Notes: a model not told the origin generated them from the sequence alone. A stretch of DNA of 64,000 bases from Candidatus Eiseniibacteriota bacterium (GCA_963783375.1 CAWANH010000028.1:704001-768000), one strand, 5' to 3'. Counted from the first letter of the stretch, positions 41,169 through 50,421 are shown. Numbers and translations are program-made.

Positions 41169-41615
41169 ATGCTCATCGACAAGTTGACCGAGGACATGAA
41201 GACGGCAATGAAAGCCCGGGACGCCGCACGGCTCGGCGTCCTTCGGATGACCCTATCCGAGGTCAAGAACGCCCGTATCGAGAAGGGGGCCGACCTCACC
41301 GATGACGACGTGACCCAGGTCATCCGGCGCGCGGTCAAGAAGCGGGAAGAGGCTTCGGAGGCGTTTCGGGCCGGCGGCCGGCCCGAGCTGGCGGAGAGCG
41401 AATTGCGGGAGGCCGAGGTCCTGAGCGTCTACCTCCCCCGGATGATCGGCGGAGCGGAGTTGGAAGAGATCGTGGCAGCGGCCATCGTCGAGGCGGGGGC
41501 CACCTCGGCCAAGGACATGGGAAAGGTCATGAAGGTGGTCATGGCCGCCCACGGAAGCCGGGTCGACGGAAAGGCGGTCCAGGCGATCGTCCGCGCTCGG
41601 TTGGGTTCGGCCTGA
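41169..41615 (+). CDS. yqeY: GatB/YqeY domain protein
   Basis: DMKTAMKARD, KKREEA, YLP, KDMGKVM, DGK. Confidence 0.93.
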   Translation: MLIDKLTEDMKTAMKARDAARLGVLRMTLSEVKNARIEKGADLTDDDVTQVIRRAVKKREEASEAFRAGGRPELAESELREAEVLSVYLPRMIGGAELEEIVAAAIVEAGATSAKDMGKVMKVVMAAHGSRVDGKAVQAIVRARLGSA

Positions 41616-41697
41616 GCGGTCCCCCGAAGAAATCCCCCCCTCTTCCCGCGCCGGCCCCGCGCGTCCGCGACCGCGGGACGCCCCCGAGACACGCACA

Positions 41698-42348
41698 CTA
41701 GTATCTGGCCTTCAATTCCCCCCAGCTCGCCGGCGCCGCCGGGGTCGGATTCGAGCGCGCGGTGTCGCTCCCGGTATAGATGAAGTCCCCGGAATTCGAG
41801 AGATTCCCGTTGGCGGCGTTTCCGGCCACGTAGAACCCGACGTCCCCCTGGTCGGCGTCGGGCGCGCTCCAGGTGACCGTCCACTCCACCGGGCTCGACG
41901 CTCCGGGCTTCAGGGTGTTGAAGTTCTGGGTGGCGTAGGGCCGGAGATGATAGAAGAACCGGCTCCCGATCACCGTGGTCAGGCTGGGGGAGGAAAAGGT
42001 CCCCGCGCCCTCCCCGTCGGACAACCGGGCCACCGTGAGCTCGAAACCCCAGCGGCGAAAGCCGTCAAACCGGGTCGAGGTCGAGGAGAGTCGGACGGTG
42101 ATGGGGTAGCTCGCGCCCGGGGTGTACCGGTCCGGCACCCCGACGAGCTCGACCTTCCCGTTCCCGTCGTTCACCGCGTGTCCGCTGTGGCAGCCGGCGT
42201 CGCTGCAGGTCCGCTCGGCGGAGACCGTTCCCAGCTTGGGAGCTCCGGTCCGCCCCGGTTGGGGGCCGGTGGAGTTGGCGACGGCCAGGGTGGCCCCCGC
42301 GCCGAGGATCAGGGCGGGGAGGAGGTACCGGAGCGTCCTTGGATGCAT
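41698..42348 (-). CDS. Secreted Reeler/choice-of-anchor-V-like protein ending PAAPASWGELKARY
   Basis: Signal peptide, TGAP...C....CH, YTPG, GFEL, W...W.AP, FYVAGNAANGN...GDFIY. Confidence 0.85.
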   Translation of the reverse strand: MHPRTLRYLLPALILGAGATLAVANSTGPQPGRTGAPKLGTVSAERTCSDAGCHSGHAVNDGNGKVELVGVPDRYTPGASYPITVRLSSTSTRFDGFRRWGFELTVARLSDGEGAGTFSSPSLTTVIGSRFFYHLRPYATQNFNTLKPGASSPVEWTVTWSAPDADQGDVGFYVAGNAANGNLSNSGDFIYTGSDTARSNPTPAAPASWGELKARY

Positions 42349-42580
42349 GTGCTGTTCTCTCCGAGGGACGAAGGGAACGTCCCAAGACAAGCGCTCGAGT
42401 CATATGGACCAGGGCCCGGACCCTCCGCCGGACACCGAGGCCTCGGGGGGCGGACACTGAAGCCGCATAACACCTTACAGTCTATATAATTACAGGTGAT
42501 CCCCAACAGGAAGACCGGTCTCCGGCCCGCCGGGGGGCCGCCCACGGTCCTCATACCCCCGCGGCCGGCCCCCCGTTCCC

Positions 42581-42675
42581 TGCAACCCGGCCCCCGGCGG
42601 CTGCGTATCCTGGGACACGAACGCCGGGAGCGGCCGGTCGATCCGGAGTGCAACGTTTTTCCCGCCTCGGACGTC
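42581..42675 (+). promoter_or_regulatory. Two tandem ECF-sigma-type promoters (TGCAAC-N17-CGTA/CGTC)
   Basis: 42581-42607 and 42649-42675 share the same -35 hexamer, spacing and CGT -10. Confidence 0.6.
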
Positions 42676-42697
42676 TTACCCCACAGGGAGGCTGATC

Positions 42698-43261
42698 ATG
42701 AAGAAGCAACTCGTCCTCATCGCCGCACTGGCCCTGGCGGTCCTGGTCCCGGCTCAGAGCTTCGCCTCGAAGAACCGGGACAAGTCCAAGGACGCCTGGA
42801 TCCACATCGAGGTCCACGAGAACGGGGATGACGGCGACAGGGTGAACGTGAACCTGCCCCTTTCCCTGGCCGACGTGGCGCTTCAGAGCACCATCGAGGA
42901 GCACGGCCTCTCCGAGGGAAAGATCTCGATCGACGACAGCGACATCTCGGTGAGCGATCTCCGGAGGATGTGGCGCGAGCTGAAGAACGCCGGTGACGCC
43001 GAATTCGTCACCGTCGAAGGAAAAGACGAAAACGTGAAGATCTACCGCAAGGGTGATCGGGTCTTCGTGGATGTGGACGACCACTCCGAGGACCAGACGG
43101 TGCGGATCGAGATGCCGGTGATGGTGGTGGACGCGCTCCTCGGCGGCGAGGACGACCGGCTCGATCTCCGGGCCGCGATTGCTCAGCTCAAGGATCTGGG
43201 GACGGGCGACATCGTGCGGGTCGAGGGTGGTGACGAGCACGTTCGGATCTGGATCGACTGA
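42698..43261 (+). CDS. Secreted protein with two repeats of an 'IEV...V.V.LPL' module (YvlB/LiaX C-terminal-like)
   Basis: GGAGG RBS, signal peptide, internal repeat ending VRIWID. Confidence 0.8.
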   Translation: MKKQLVLIAALALAVLVPAQSFASKNRDKSKDAWIHIEVHENGDDGDRVNVNLPLSLADVALQSTIEEHGLSEGKISIDDSDISVSDLRRMWRELKNAGDAEFVTVEGKDENVKIYRKGDRVFVDVDDHSEDQTVRIEMPVMVVDALLGGEDDRLDLRAAIAQLKDLGTGDIVRVEGGDEHVRIWID

Positions 43262-43371
43262 CCGGCCCGGACGGCGGCTCCTCTCCGGCGGATTCGGGCT
43301 CGTGAAGACGGATGGACGGTAACCCCTGACCCCTCGGGGGCCCAAGGCAGCGTGATTCAAGGGGGACCGAC

Positions 43372-43890
43372 ATGTTGAAGCTAGGCATCTTTCTCGCGGC
43401 ACCGTTCCTGCTGGTGGCCATGGTCTTCGGAGCGACCGGCGTCGCGGTGGTGAACGTCCAGGAGGCGGGCCCCGGCGGTACCCACCTGGTGATTCCGGTG
43501 CCCCTCGTCCTGGCCCAGGCCGCATTGACCTTTGCGCCGCACGACGCCAAGTACGTGGAGTGCCCCGACCTCGCTCCCTTTGCCCCCATCGCCGAAAAGG
43601 TAATGGCCGAGCTCAGGAAGGCTCCCGACTTCACCCTGGTCGAAGTGCAGCAGGACGACCAGCACATCGTGATCAGGAAGATCGGGAAGTGCCTGGAGGT
43701 GAACGTCGAAGACGGCGACGAGACCGTCCACTGCCGGGTGCCGCTCAAGGCGGCGGAACGGTTCCTGGCCGCCTATGACGGGCATGGATTCCCGACCAAG
43801 GCGGCGATCTGGGCCCTGCGCGGCGCGCCGCGCGGCGAGCTGGTCCACGTGAACGACGGCGAGGACGAGGTTTCGATCCGGATCCTCTAA
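43372..43890 (+). CDS. Membrane-anchored paralog-like protein with the same module
   Basis: N-terminal TM; VNVQE...IPVPL and VNVED...RVPL repeats. Confidence 0.78.
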   Translation: MLKLGIFLAAPFLLVAMVFGATGVAVVNVQEAGPGGTHLVIPVPLVLAQAALTFAPHDAKYVECPDLAPFAPIAEKVMAELRKAPDFTLVEVQQDDQHIVIRKIGKCLEVNVEDGDETVHCRVPLKAAERFLAAYDGHGFPTKAAIWALRGAPRGELVHVNDGEDEVSIRIL

Positions 43891-43967
43891 GGCTCTGGTG
43901 CTCTGGGACGGCGCCCCCCGGGGCGCGCCGTCCCGCGGGCCATCGGTTTCCCCAACTCCCCTGGGGA

Positions 43968-44023
43968 CGGCGGGCGCCCTCCGGCGGCAACTCCGCTGCC
44001 GGAACGGGCCCGCCTTTTTCTTG
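43968..44023 (+). terminator. Intrinsic terminator of the two-gene unit
   Basis: GGCGGGC...GCCCGCC long hairpin followed by TTTTTCTT. Confidence 0.65.
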
Positions 44024-44205
44024 CCCCTCACCCCCCGGCCCGCTCCACCGGCGCGCGGTTGCGCCGGTCCGGTCGCGACCCGGCTGGGGGCGGTCTCCTT
44101 GACCCCACCCCCCAAAAAAGGCCAAAATGGTCGGGTTTCGGGTCGGCGCGCCGGCCTCCGGCGTCCCATCCCTTGCGCTCCCGGTCCCCGGCTGAAGGAG
44201 CCCCC

Positions 44206-45264
44206 GTGCGTCTGTCGTCCGCCTTCGGTGACCGTGTACGCCGCGCCCTGGCGTCGGGCGGGGGCTTAGCGGTGACCCTGGTCATCCTGATCACCCTCGC
44301 CGCCCCCGGTCCGGCCCGGTCGGGGACCGCCGATCGCCCGGAGCAGGTGCGCGGGGTCATCGTCTCCACCCACACCGACGGAAGCGACTGGGCCTCGCCG
44401 GAAATGGGCTCCACCCTGAGCGACATCAAGAGCCTGGGGGCGGACTGGGTGTGCATCCATCCCTACGCGTGGATCCGGGGGGACGGCACGGTGAGCTTTC
44501 GGCCCATCGATCCCGCCGACCCGCCGGAGGAGCTCGCGCGCCCCATCGCCGAGGCCCACGCCCAGGGGCTCAAGATCTGCATCAAGCCGCACCTGGGCTA
44601 CTGGGGATCCCCCTTCCGCTGGCGGGGGGACATCAGCTTCACCACCGACGAGGCGTGGAAGCGCTTCTTCACCGACTACGAGCGCTGGGTGGTGAAGCTG
44701 GCCGGGGCCACCCGGAACGCCGACGGGTTCGTGGTGGGAACCGAGCTGGACAGCACCCTGACCCACGAAGCCGAATGGCGCGAAATCATCGCCGCGGTGC
44801 GCGCGGTCACCCCGGTCGCGCTCAGCTACGGGGCCAACTGGACCCATTATCGACGGGTGCCGTTCTGGGACGCCCTGGACGCGATCGGGATCCAGGCCTA
44901 CTTTCCCCTCACCGACGTCGTCCACCCCGATTCCGTCCAGGTGGCCGCGGGTTGGGCGCGGCTCATGAACGATCTCCACGGCTATGCGGAGTCCCAGAAC
45001 CGGAAGATCGTATTCACCGAGCTGGGCTACAACCGGGCCTACGACGCGCCAAACCGCCCGTGGGCCTACCGGGTGGACGGGGAGGACGCCGAGCGCATGC
45101 AGGCGCTCTGCCTCGGGGCCGCGCTTCGCGCGGTCGAGAACGAACCGGACGTGGTCGGGGTGTTCCTGTGGAAGTGGTTCCCCAACCCGCATCCGGTCGG
45201 TCGGAACTTCCAGCTCGCCACCCCGAACCTGAAGCGCGTGATCGCCCGGGCCTGGTCGGAGTAG
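44206..45264 (+). CDS. Glycoside hydrolase, GH113-like TIM barrel, exported
   Basis: IKPHL, WRG.I, GTEL, YGANW, FWDALDAIGIQAYFPL, FTELGY, WKW. Confidence 0.88.
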   Translation: MRLSSAFGDRVRRALASGGGLAVTLVILITLAAPGPARSGTADRPEQVRGVIVSTHTDGSDWASPEMGSTLSDIKSLGADWVCIHPYAWIRGDGTVSFRPIDPADPPEELARPIAEAHAQGLKICIKPHLGYWGSPFRWRGDISFTTDEAWKRFFTDYERWVVKLAGATRNADGFVVGTELDSTLTHEAEWREIIAAVRAVTPVALSYGANWTHYRRVPFWDALDAIGIQAYFPLTDVVHPDSVQVAAGWARLMNDLHGYAESQNRKIVFTELGYNRAYDAPNRPWAYRVDGEDAERMQALCLGAALRAVENEPDVVGVFLWKWFPNPHPVGRNFQLATPNLKRVIARAWSE

Positions 45265-45288
45265 CCCTCCGCCGGGAGGAGCCCCATC

Positions 45289-45891
45289 ATGCTCATCGAA
45301 CACCGCGGCCGCCGACCGCGCGTTCACGAGACCGCCTACGTCGCCCCCACGGCGGTTCTCTGCGGGGACGTGACCGTGGGCGCGGAGAGCCGGGTCCTCT
45401 TCGGCGCGGTAATCACCGCCGAAGGAGGCCCGGTGGAGATCGGGGAGCGGTGCGTGGTCATGGAGAACGCGGTCGTCCGGGGGAGCGCCCGGTTCCCGGT
45501 CCGAATCGGCCGGCATGTCCTGGTGGGCCCGAGGGCCTACCTCACCGGCTGCACGGTGGAGGCGGACGCGTTTCTGGCCACCGGATCCACCGTGTTCAAC
45601 GGGGCCCGGATCGGTGCCCGCGCCGAAGTGCGAATCAACGGAGTGGTCCACCTGAAGACCGCGCTTCCCCCCGGCGCCACCGTTCCCATCGGCTGGGTCG
45701 CGGTGGGGGATCCCGCCGAGATCCTCCCTCCCGGCGAGCACGGCCGCATCTGGTCGATCCAGAAGCAGCTGGATTTCCCGGGGACGGTGTTCGGCCTCGC
45801 GCGCGCGCCCGAAGGGGAGACGATCATGCCCGAGCTCACCCGGCGTTACACCGACGCCCTGGCCGCGCACCGCAAGGACCGCGAGATCTGA
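45289..45891 (+). CDS. Gamma-carbonic-anhydrase-like hexapeptide repeat protein lacking the Zn ligands
   Basis: AYVAPTAVLCGDVTVG left-handed beta-helix; canonical His positions are replaced. Confidence 0.88.
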   Translation: MLIEHRGRRPRVHETAYVAPTAVLCGDVTVGAESRVLFGAVITAEGGPVEIGERCVVMENAVVRGSARFPVRIGRHVLVGPRAYLTGCTVEADAFLATGSTVFNGARIGARAEVRINGVVHLKTALPPGATVPIGWVAVGDPAEILPPGEHGRIWSIQKQLDFPGTVFGLARAPEGETIMPELTRRYTDALAAHRKDREI

Positions 45892-45961
45892 GACCGGCCG
45901 CGCCCCCCGGGACGCCCCACGCACCTAACCCACACTCCCCCAAGGAGATACCCGGGCACAC

Positions 45962-45989
45962 CGAATACAAGCGATTTCGGTTGTATTCG
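45962..45989. promoter_or_regulatory. Inverted repeat, candidate enhancer-binding-protein site
   Basis: CGAATACAA-N10-TTGTATTCG about 170-195 bp upstream of a sigma54 promoter. Confidence 0.5.
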
Positions 45990-46116
45990 TGGCGCCAACC
46001 GGCGGCCTCCGGGACCGGACCGCAGCACCCTGTTCCCCCGGGGACACAGCGGAGCGGGCGCCGGGGCCTCGGCGGGCGAGGTGGGACACGGAGGGGTAGC
46101 CACGCAATCCGCACGC

Positions 46117-46129
46117 AGTCAATTAGTTA
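46117..46129 (+). promoter_or_regulatory. IHF-like site
   Basis: AGTCAATTAGTTA versus WATCAANNNNTTR, one mismatch; lies between the inverted repeat and the promoter. Confidence 0.45.
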
Positions 46130-46155
46130 TGGTTGCGTCGGGACGGCCGCCCGGC

Positions 46156-46172
46156 TTGGCACGACGCCTGCT
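46156..46172 (+). promoter_or_regulatory. Sigma54 promoter
   Basis: TTGGCACGacgcCTGCT, with GG-N10-GC spacing. Confidence 0.72.
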
Positions 46173-46264
46173 TTACAGGACGGCAGCACCGGGCCGGCGG
46201 CTCCGAGCGCCGGCGCCGGCAACGACCACCGACCACGGACGGGGCCCCGGAAAGGAGATCGGAC

Positions 46265-46954
46265 ATGAACACGAGACGGAGGATCCATCGGAGTTGGGTG
46301 ACGGGGGTGATCGCCGCCGCCGCGCTGTCCCTGGGCGCCGGCTCGGTGATCGCGACCGCCGAGGCCGCGCCCCAGGCCCGCGGCAAGGCGCGACCCGAGC
46401 AGAAAGCGCGTGGGAAGCAGCAAGCGCCGCGCGGCCAGAAGCAGAAGGCCAAGCAGGGAAACGCGGGTCGCTACCAACGAGGCGACCAGGGGAAGCGGGG
46501 CGATCGGTCCTCGGCTCGACACGAAAGCCGCCGGAACGACGACCGCGGAAGCTACCAGCACCATCGCGGGGACTCCCGGCGGGGCCACGTCGACCGGGAT
46601 CGCTTCGTCACCGGGCGCCGCCACGCGCGGGTGATCGTGAACCACCGCCGGCCCAGTTACCTCCCCCGGGTGATCTATCGTTCCCGGCCGGTTCACGTCC
46701 GCCCGTGGTTCCAGGACACGCGGCGTATCTACGTCGACGGTAGCCCGTTCTTCTTCAGCGCCGGGCTGGGGATCTACGTGGGTGGGCTGGCCATCAACAT
46801 CCAGGTCGGCGACGTGCCCCCGGTGGGCTACGTCTTCTACGACCCCTTCTGCGGGGAGACCTTCTGGTCGGTGGCCGACTACAACGTGCACCTGCGCTTC
46901 CACGACCACCCGGGGGCGCTGAGCCTGATCCGCGTGGAATACAACGACTATTGA
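46265..46954 (+). CDS. Secreted Arg/Gln-rich low-complexity protein with a small C-terminal domain (DPFC...Y..H...HDHP)
   Basis: AAGGAG RBS, signal peptide, basic disordered middle region. Confidence 0.78.
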   Translation: MNTRRRIHRSWVTGVIAAAALSLGAGSVIATAEAAPQARGKARPEQKARGKQQAPRGQKQKAKQGNAGRYQRGDQGKRGDRSSARHESRRNDDRGSYQHHRGDSRRGHVDRDRFVTGRRHARVIVNHRRPSYLPRVIYRSRPVHVRPWFQDTRRIYVDGSPFFFSAGLGIYVGGLAINIQVGDVPPVGYVFYDPFCGETFWSVADYNVHLRFHDHPGALSLIRVEYNDY

Positions 46955-47026
46955 TCCGGTGCGCTCGCGAAGTCCCGCGTGATCGGGCTTCGTGAGCGGG
47001 GCCGGTCCGGGGTTCGAGAGGGGAAC

Positions 47027-47235
47027 CCGGCCCGGGCGGGTCGCGCTATCCAAGCCGGCGACGGCCCGTCCGGGACGGTTCTTCGGATCCTCCAGGGATC
47101 GCTCCGTGAGAGCCCGGGGACGCGCGATGGACGGAGAACCCGGGCTCGACGAGGCTCCCCCAAGGGAGCGACGATCCGGCAGGCATTTGCCGGTCCGGGT
47201 GGGCCGATTCCCGGCTCACGGTTCGCCCGGGCCGG
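47027..47235. repeat. 209-bp multi-hairpin element bounded by a 12-bp inverted repeat CCGGCCCGGGCG
   Basis: IR at 47027-47038 and 47224-47235; at least 3 internal hairpins. Confidence 0.45.
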
Positions 47236-47279
47236 CATCTTCTTGCCCCCCCGCGCGAGGGGCTTTACGATCCCATCCC

Positions 47280-48428
47280 ATGTCGAGCACACCCTGCCCC
47301 GATCTCCCCGCCCCCGAGTTCCAGGAGCGCGCCCGCGCGCTCCATCAGCGCGCCTTCATCATGGACGGCCACGTGGACACCCTCTCGGAGATGCTGGACC
47401 GGGGCTACGATCTGGGGACCGCGCCGGAGGACGCCCACCTCTCCTGGGAGAAGATTGCCGCGGGGGGTCTCAAGGCCCAGCTCTTCGCCTGCTACGTCTC
47501 CCCCAAGTTCCTTCCCGGCCGCTGCGCCGCGCACGTGGACCGGCTGATCGACCGGTTCGAGGAGGAGGTCGCGCGCCGGCCGGACCGGCTCGCCGCGTGC
47601 CGCACCGCCGCCGACCTGGACGCGGCCGGCAAGGCCGGAAAGTTCGGGGGGATGCTCTCCATCGAGGGCGGCCACGCCATCGAGGATTCGCTGGACACGC
47701 TCCGCCGTTTTCACGCGCGCGGGGTCCGGGCCATGACCCTGACCTGGAACAACACGAACAACTGGGCCGATGGGTGCGGTCCCATGGACCGGTCGCTGAA
47801 GCAGCACGGCGGCCTCACCGACTTCGGCCGGAAGGTCGTGGGCGCCATGGAAGAGATCGGAATGGCGGTGGACATCTCCCACGTCGCCCCCGCCACGTTT
47901 CGGGACGTTTTGGCGTGCGCGACCAAGAGCCCCTTCGCCAGCCACTCCTCCACCAAGCGCTTCAACGATCACCGCCGGAACCTCGATGACGCGCAGATGC
48001 GCGCGCTGGCCGATCGCGGGGGCGTGATGGGGATCTGCTTCGCCAGCGGCTTCCTGATGGACGAATCCCGGGCCTGGTCCCGGGCCAAGGAGACGCCGGA
48101 CTACGCGGCGGTCACCGACCGCACCGACATGAAGGACTTCGCCGGCATCAGCGACGAGGAGTACACGGTCTACAATCGCTTCGTCCCCCGCGCCACCCTG
48201 GCCGACGCGGTGGACCACGCCGACCACGCGCTCCGGGTGATGGGCGCCGGGGCGGTGGCCCTGGGGGGGGACTTCGACGGCGCCCGCCGGTTCCCGGTGG
48301 GGCTCGAACACGTGGGGAAGCTCCCCCACTTGACCGCTGGGCTCCTGGAGCGCGGGTGGAAGGAAGAGGAGCTGACCGGCCTTCTGGGGGAGAACCTTCT
48401 CGGGTATTTCCGCCGTGTCCTCGGCTGA
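47280..48428 (+). CDS. Membrane dipeptidase family M19
   Basis: DGHVD, SIEGG, LTWN, DISH, ASHS, RNL.D, LGGDFDG, LGEN. Confidence 0.95.
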   Translation: MSSTPCPDLPAPEFQERARALHQRAFIMDGHVDTLSEMLDRGYDLGTAPEDAHLSWEKIAAGGLKAQLFACYVSPKFLPGRCAAHVDRLIDRFEEEVARRPDRLAACRTAADLDAAGKAGKFGGMLSIEGGHAIEDSLDTLRRFHARGVRAMTLTWNNTNNWADGCGPMDRSLKQHGGLTDFGRKVVGAMEEIGMAVDISHVAPATFRDVLACATKSPFASHSSTKRFNDHRRNLDDAQMRALADRGGVMGICFASGFLMDESRAWSRAKETPDYAAVTDRTDMKDFAGISDEEYTVYNRFVPRATLADAVDHADHALRVMGAGAVALGGDFDGARRFPVGLEHVGKLPHLTAGLLERGWKEEELTGLLGENLLGYFRRVLG

Positions 48429-48960
48429 TCCGGCCCCGGTGTTCGCGGTCCACGAGGCCACCGCGCGTCCCCTGACCCCCCGCGACGGCCCGGCGCTCCA
48501 GGCGCTGATCGAGCGCGCCGCCGACTACATCGAGCTTCTCACCGGCCTCCCCCCCGGCCCCGCCGACGGCCGGCGCCTCCTGACCGACCTCCCCGAAGGA
48601 AAGACCTACGAGGACAAGTTCGTTCTGGGCGTCCTGGATTCCGGCGGCGCCTTGATCGGCGTGTTCGACGCGATCCGGGACCACCCGGCTCGCGGCACCT
48701 GGCTGATCGGGTTGATGCTGCTGGATCCGGCGTGGCGCGGACGGGGTTTCGGCCGCCGACTGTTCGAGGGGTTCGCGGGATGGGTCGAGGGGCGGGGCGC
48801 GACCATGCTCCGGATCGGCGTGGTGGAGCACAATCCCGACGCGCTCCGGTTCTGGGCGCGGGTGGGGTTCCGGGAGGTGGAGCGCACCGCGCCGAGGCGT
48901 TTCGGGAGCCGGGAGGGGCGGGTGGTGGTGATGCAGCTCCCCCTGGATTCACCGGGATGA
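48415..48960 (+). CDS. GNAT N-acetyltransferase
   Basis: IGLMLLDPAWRGRGFG, N..ALRFW...GF. Confidence 0.9.
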   Translation: MSSADPAPVFAVHEATARPLTPRDGPALQALIERAADYIELLTGLPPGPADGRRLLTDLPEGKTYEDKFVLGVLDSGGALIGVFDAIRDHPARGTWLIGLMLLDPAWRGRGFGRRLFEGFAGWVEGRGATMLRIGVVEHNPDALRFWARVGFREVERTAPRRFGSREGRVVVMQLPLDSPG

Positions 48961-48994
48961 TCGCGCGCCGGGCGCTCGCGGAAGGAAGCCGGCG

Positions 48995-49471
48995 CTACGC
49001 CGTCGCCTCGTCTTCCTCGCTGGAAAACAGCACCGCGCCGGCGGGGTCCACCACCTCCACGTCGACCTCGATCCCCTTCCGCACGCTCTCGGTCACCACG
49101 CAGTAGTCCTCGAAGAGGCTCAGGCAGCGGCCCATGCGGTTGGGATCCTCGCCGGTGTCCAGCTCGATCCGGACCGACACCCCACCCACGCGGAGCCGCT
49201 TGTTCTCGTTCCGGACGATCCGCCCCTCCACCGTGGTCTTCATCCCCGTGGGCTCGATCTTGGCCTTGCGGAGGCAGAAGATGAGGCTCGCGCTCAGGCA
49301 GTTTCCCACCGCGGCCGCGAGCAGGCGGGAGGCGTTGGGCCCGCGCTGCCCCCCCATGGGGACCGGCTCGTCCAGCAGCAGGTCGTCCACCCCGTCCCAG
49401 TCGAACCGAACCTTGAACTCGTAATCCTCGAGGCGCTCGAGGGTGATCGTGAACCGGGGATCCTCCGCCAT
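48995..49471 (-). CDS. OsmC/Ohr family protein
   Basis: DEP...G...GPNASRLLAAAVGNC and FEDYCVVTESVRKG. Confidence 0.9.
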   Translation of the reverse strand: MAEDPRFTITLERLEDYEFKVRFDWDGVDDLLLDEPVPMGGQRGPNASRLLAAAVGNCLSASLIFCLRKAKIEPTGMKTTVEGRIVRNENKRLRVGGVSVRIELDTGEDPNRMGRCLSLFEDYCVVTESVRKGIEVDVEVVDPAGAVLFSSEEDEATA

Positions 49472-49598
49472 GTCACCGCCTCCTCGTTGAATCGCCCCGT
49501 CCCGCCCCGGGCTCCGTGAACGGCCCGGCCAAGAAGAGGATGAGAGTCGGTGACGGCTTGGGGGAAAGTGCCCCCACCGACTCCCGTCCCCAAATCGA

Positions 49599-50252
49599 TT
49601 ATGCGGGCTGGGGCGCCGCGGCGGCCAGAACCTGATCGAGGAAGGCGTCCTCGGGGAGCATTCCCTCCGCCGCCGACCGTTCGTTGGCCACGGTCTTGGG
49701 CACCCCCATCACGTCATAGCGCATGCTCAGCTCGGGGAACTCGGTGGCCTCGACCATGTCCGCGGTCACCAGGTCGGTCTCCATGGCGAACTTGTGGGCC
49801 AGCCGCACCGCGCCGGGGCAGTAGGGGCAGGTGGGAGTGACGAAGACCTGGATGTGCACCGGCTCGCTCAAGGCGTGGAGCCGCTTCTTGGAGGCGTCGG
49901 AAAGGCCGCTCTCTCCGGTCGAGACCATGACGAGATCCTCGAGCAGGCTCGCGAACTCGTAGCCCGCCGGGATTCCGTAGTAGCGGATCCCGTAGTCCCG
50001 TTTGCCGATCAGGGCGATGGCCGGGATCTTCTCGATGTTGTATTCCGCCGCCTTCGCCGCGTCCTTCACCAGATCGTAGACTTCGATCTGGATCTTGTCG
50101 TTCAGCGCGGCGAGATCTTTCAGGAGATCATGGGTCTCCTTGCAGAACTGACACTCGAACTCCTGGGTGAAGAGAACCACCTTGACCGGATCGGTCATCT
50201 CGGCCAACCGCTCCGCCACCTTGGGCTTGTCCTTGTCCTGAAGCATGCTCAT
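49599..50252 (-). CDS. Protein disulfide oxidoreductase with two thioredoxin folds (AhpF N-terminal-like)
   Basis: CQFC, GIPAGYEF, TPTCPYCP, VMGVP. Confidence 0.93.
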   Translation of the reverse strand: MSMLQDKDKPKVAERLAEMTDPVKVVLFTQEFECQFCKETHDLLKDLAALNDKIQIEVYDLVKDAAKAAEYNIEKIPAIALIGKRDYGIRYYGIPAGYEFASLLEDLVMVSTGESGLSDASKKRLHALSEPVHIQVFVTPTCPYCPGAVRLAHKFAMETDLVTADMVEATEFPELSMRYDVMGVPKTVANERSAAEGMLPEDAFLDQVLAAAAPQPA

Positions 50253-50421
50253 CGCGGTCGTCCCCGCCTTTCCGGCTGTCCAGCAAGCCGTTTCGTTCCA
50301 GTGCGTTGGGCCCCCGTTCCGGACCGGCCCGGGCGCCCCGTTCAAGGGGAGGGACGCCGAACCGGCCCGGTGGTCACAGCCTCAGGGCCCTTCCCCGGCG
50401 TTTCCCATGGGGAGGTGGCGG

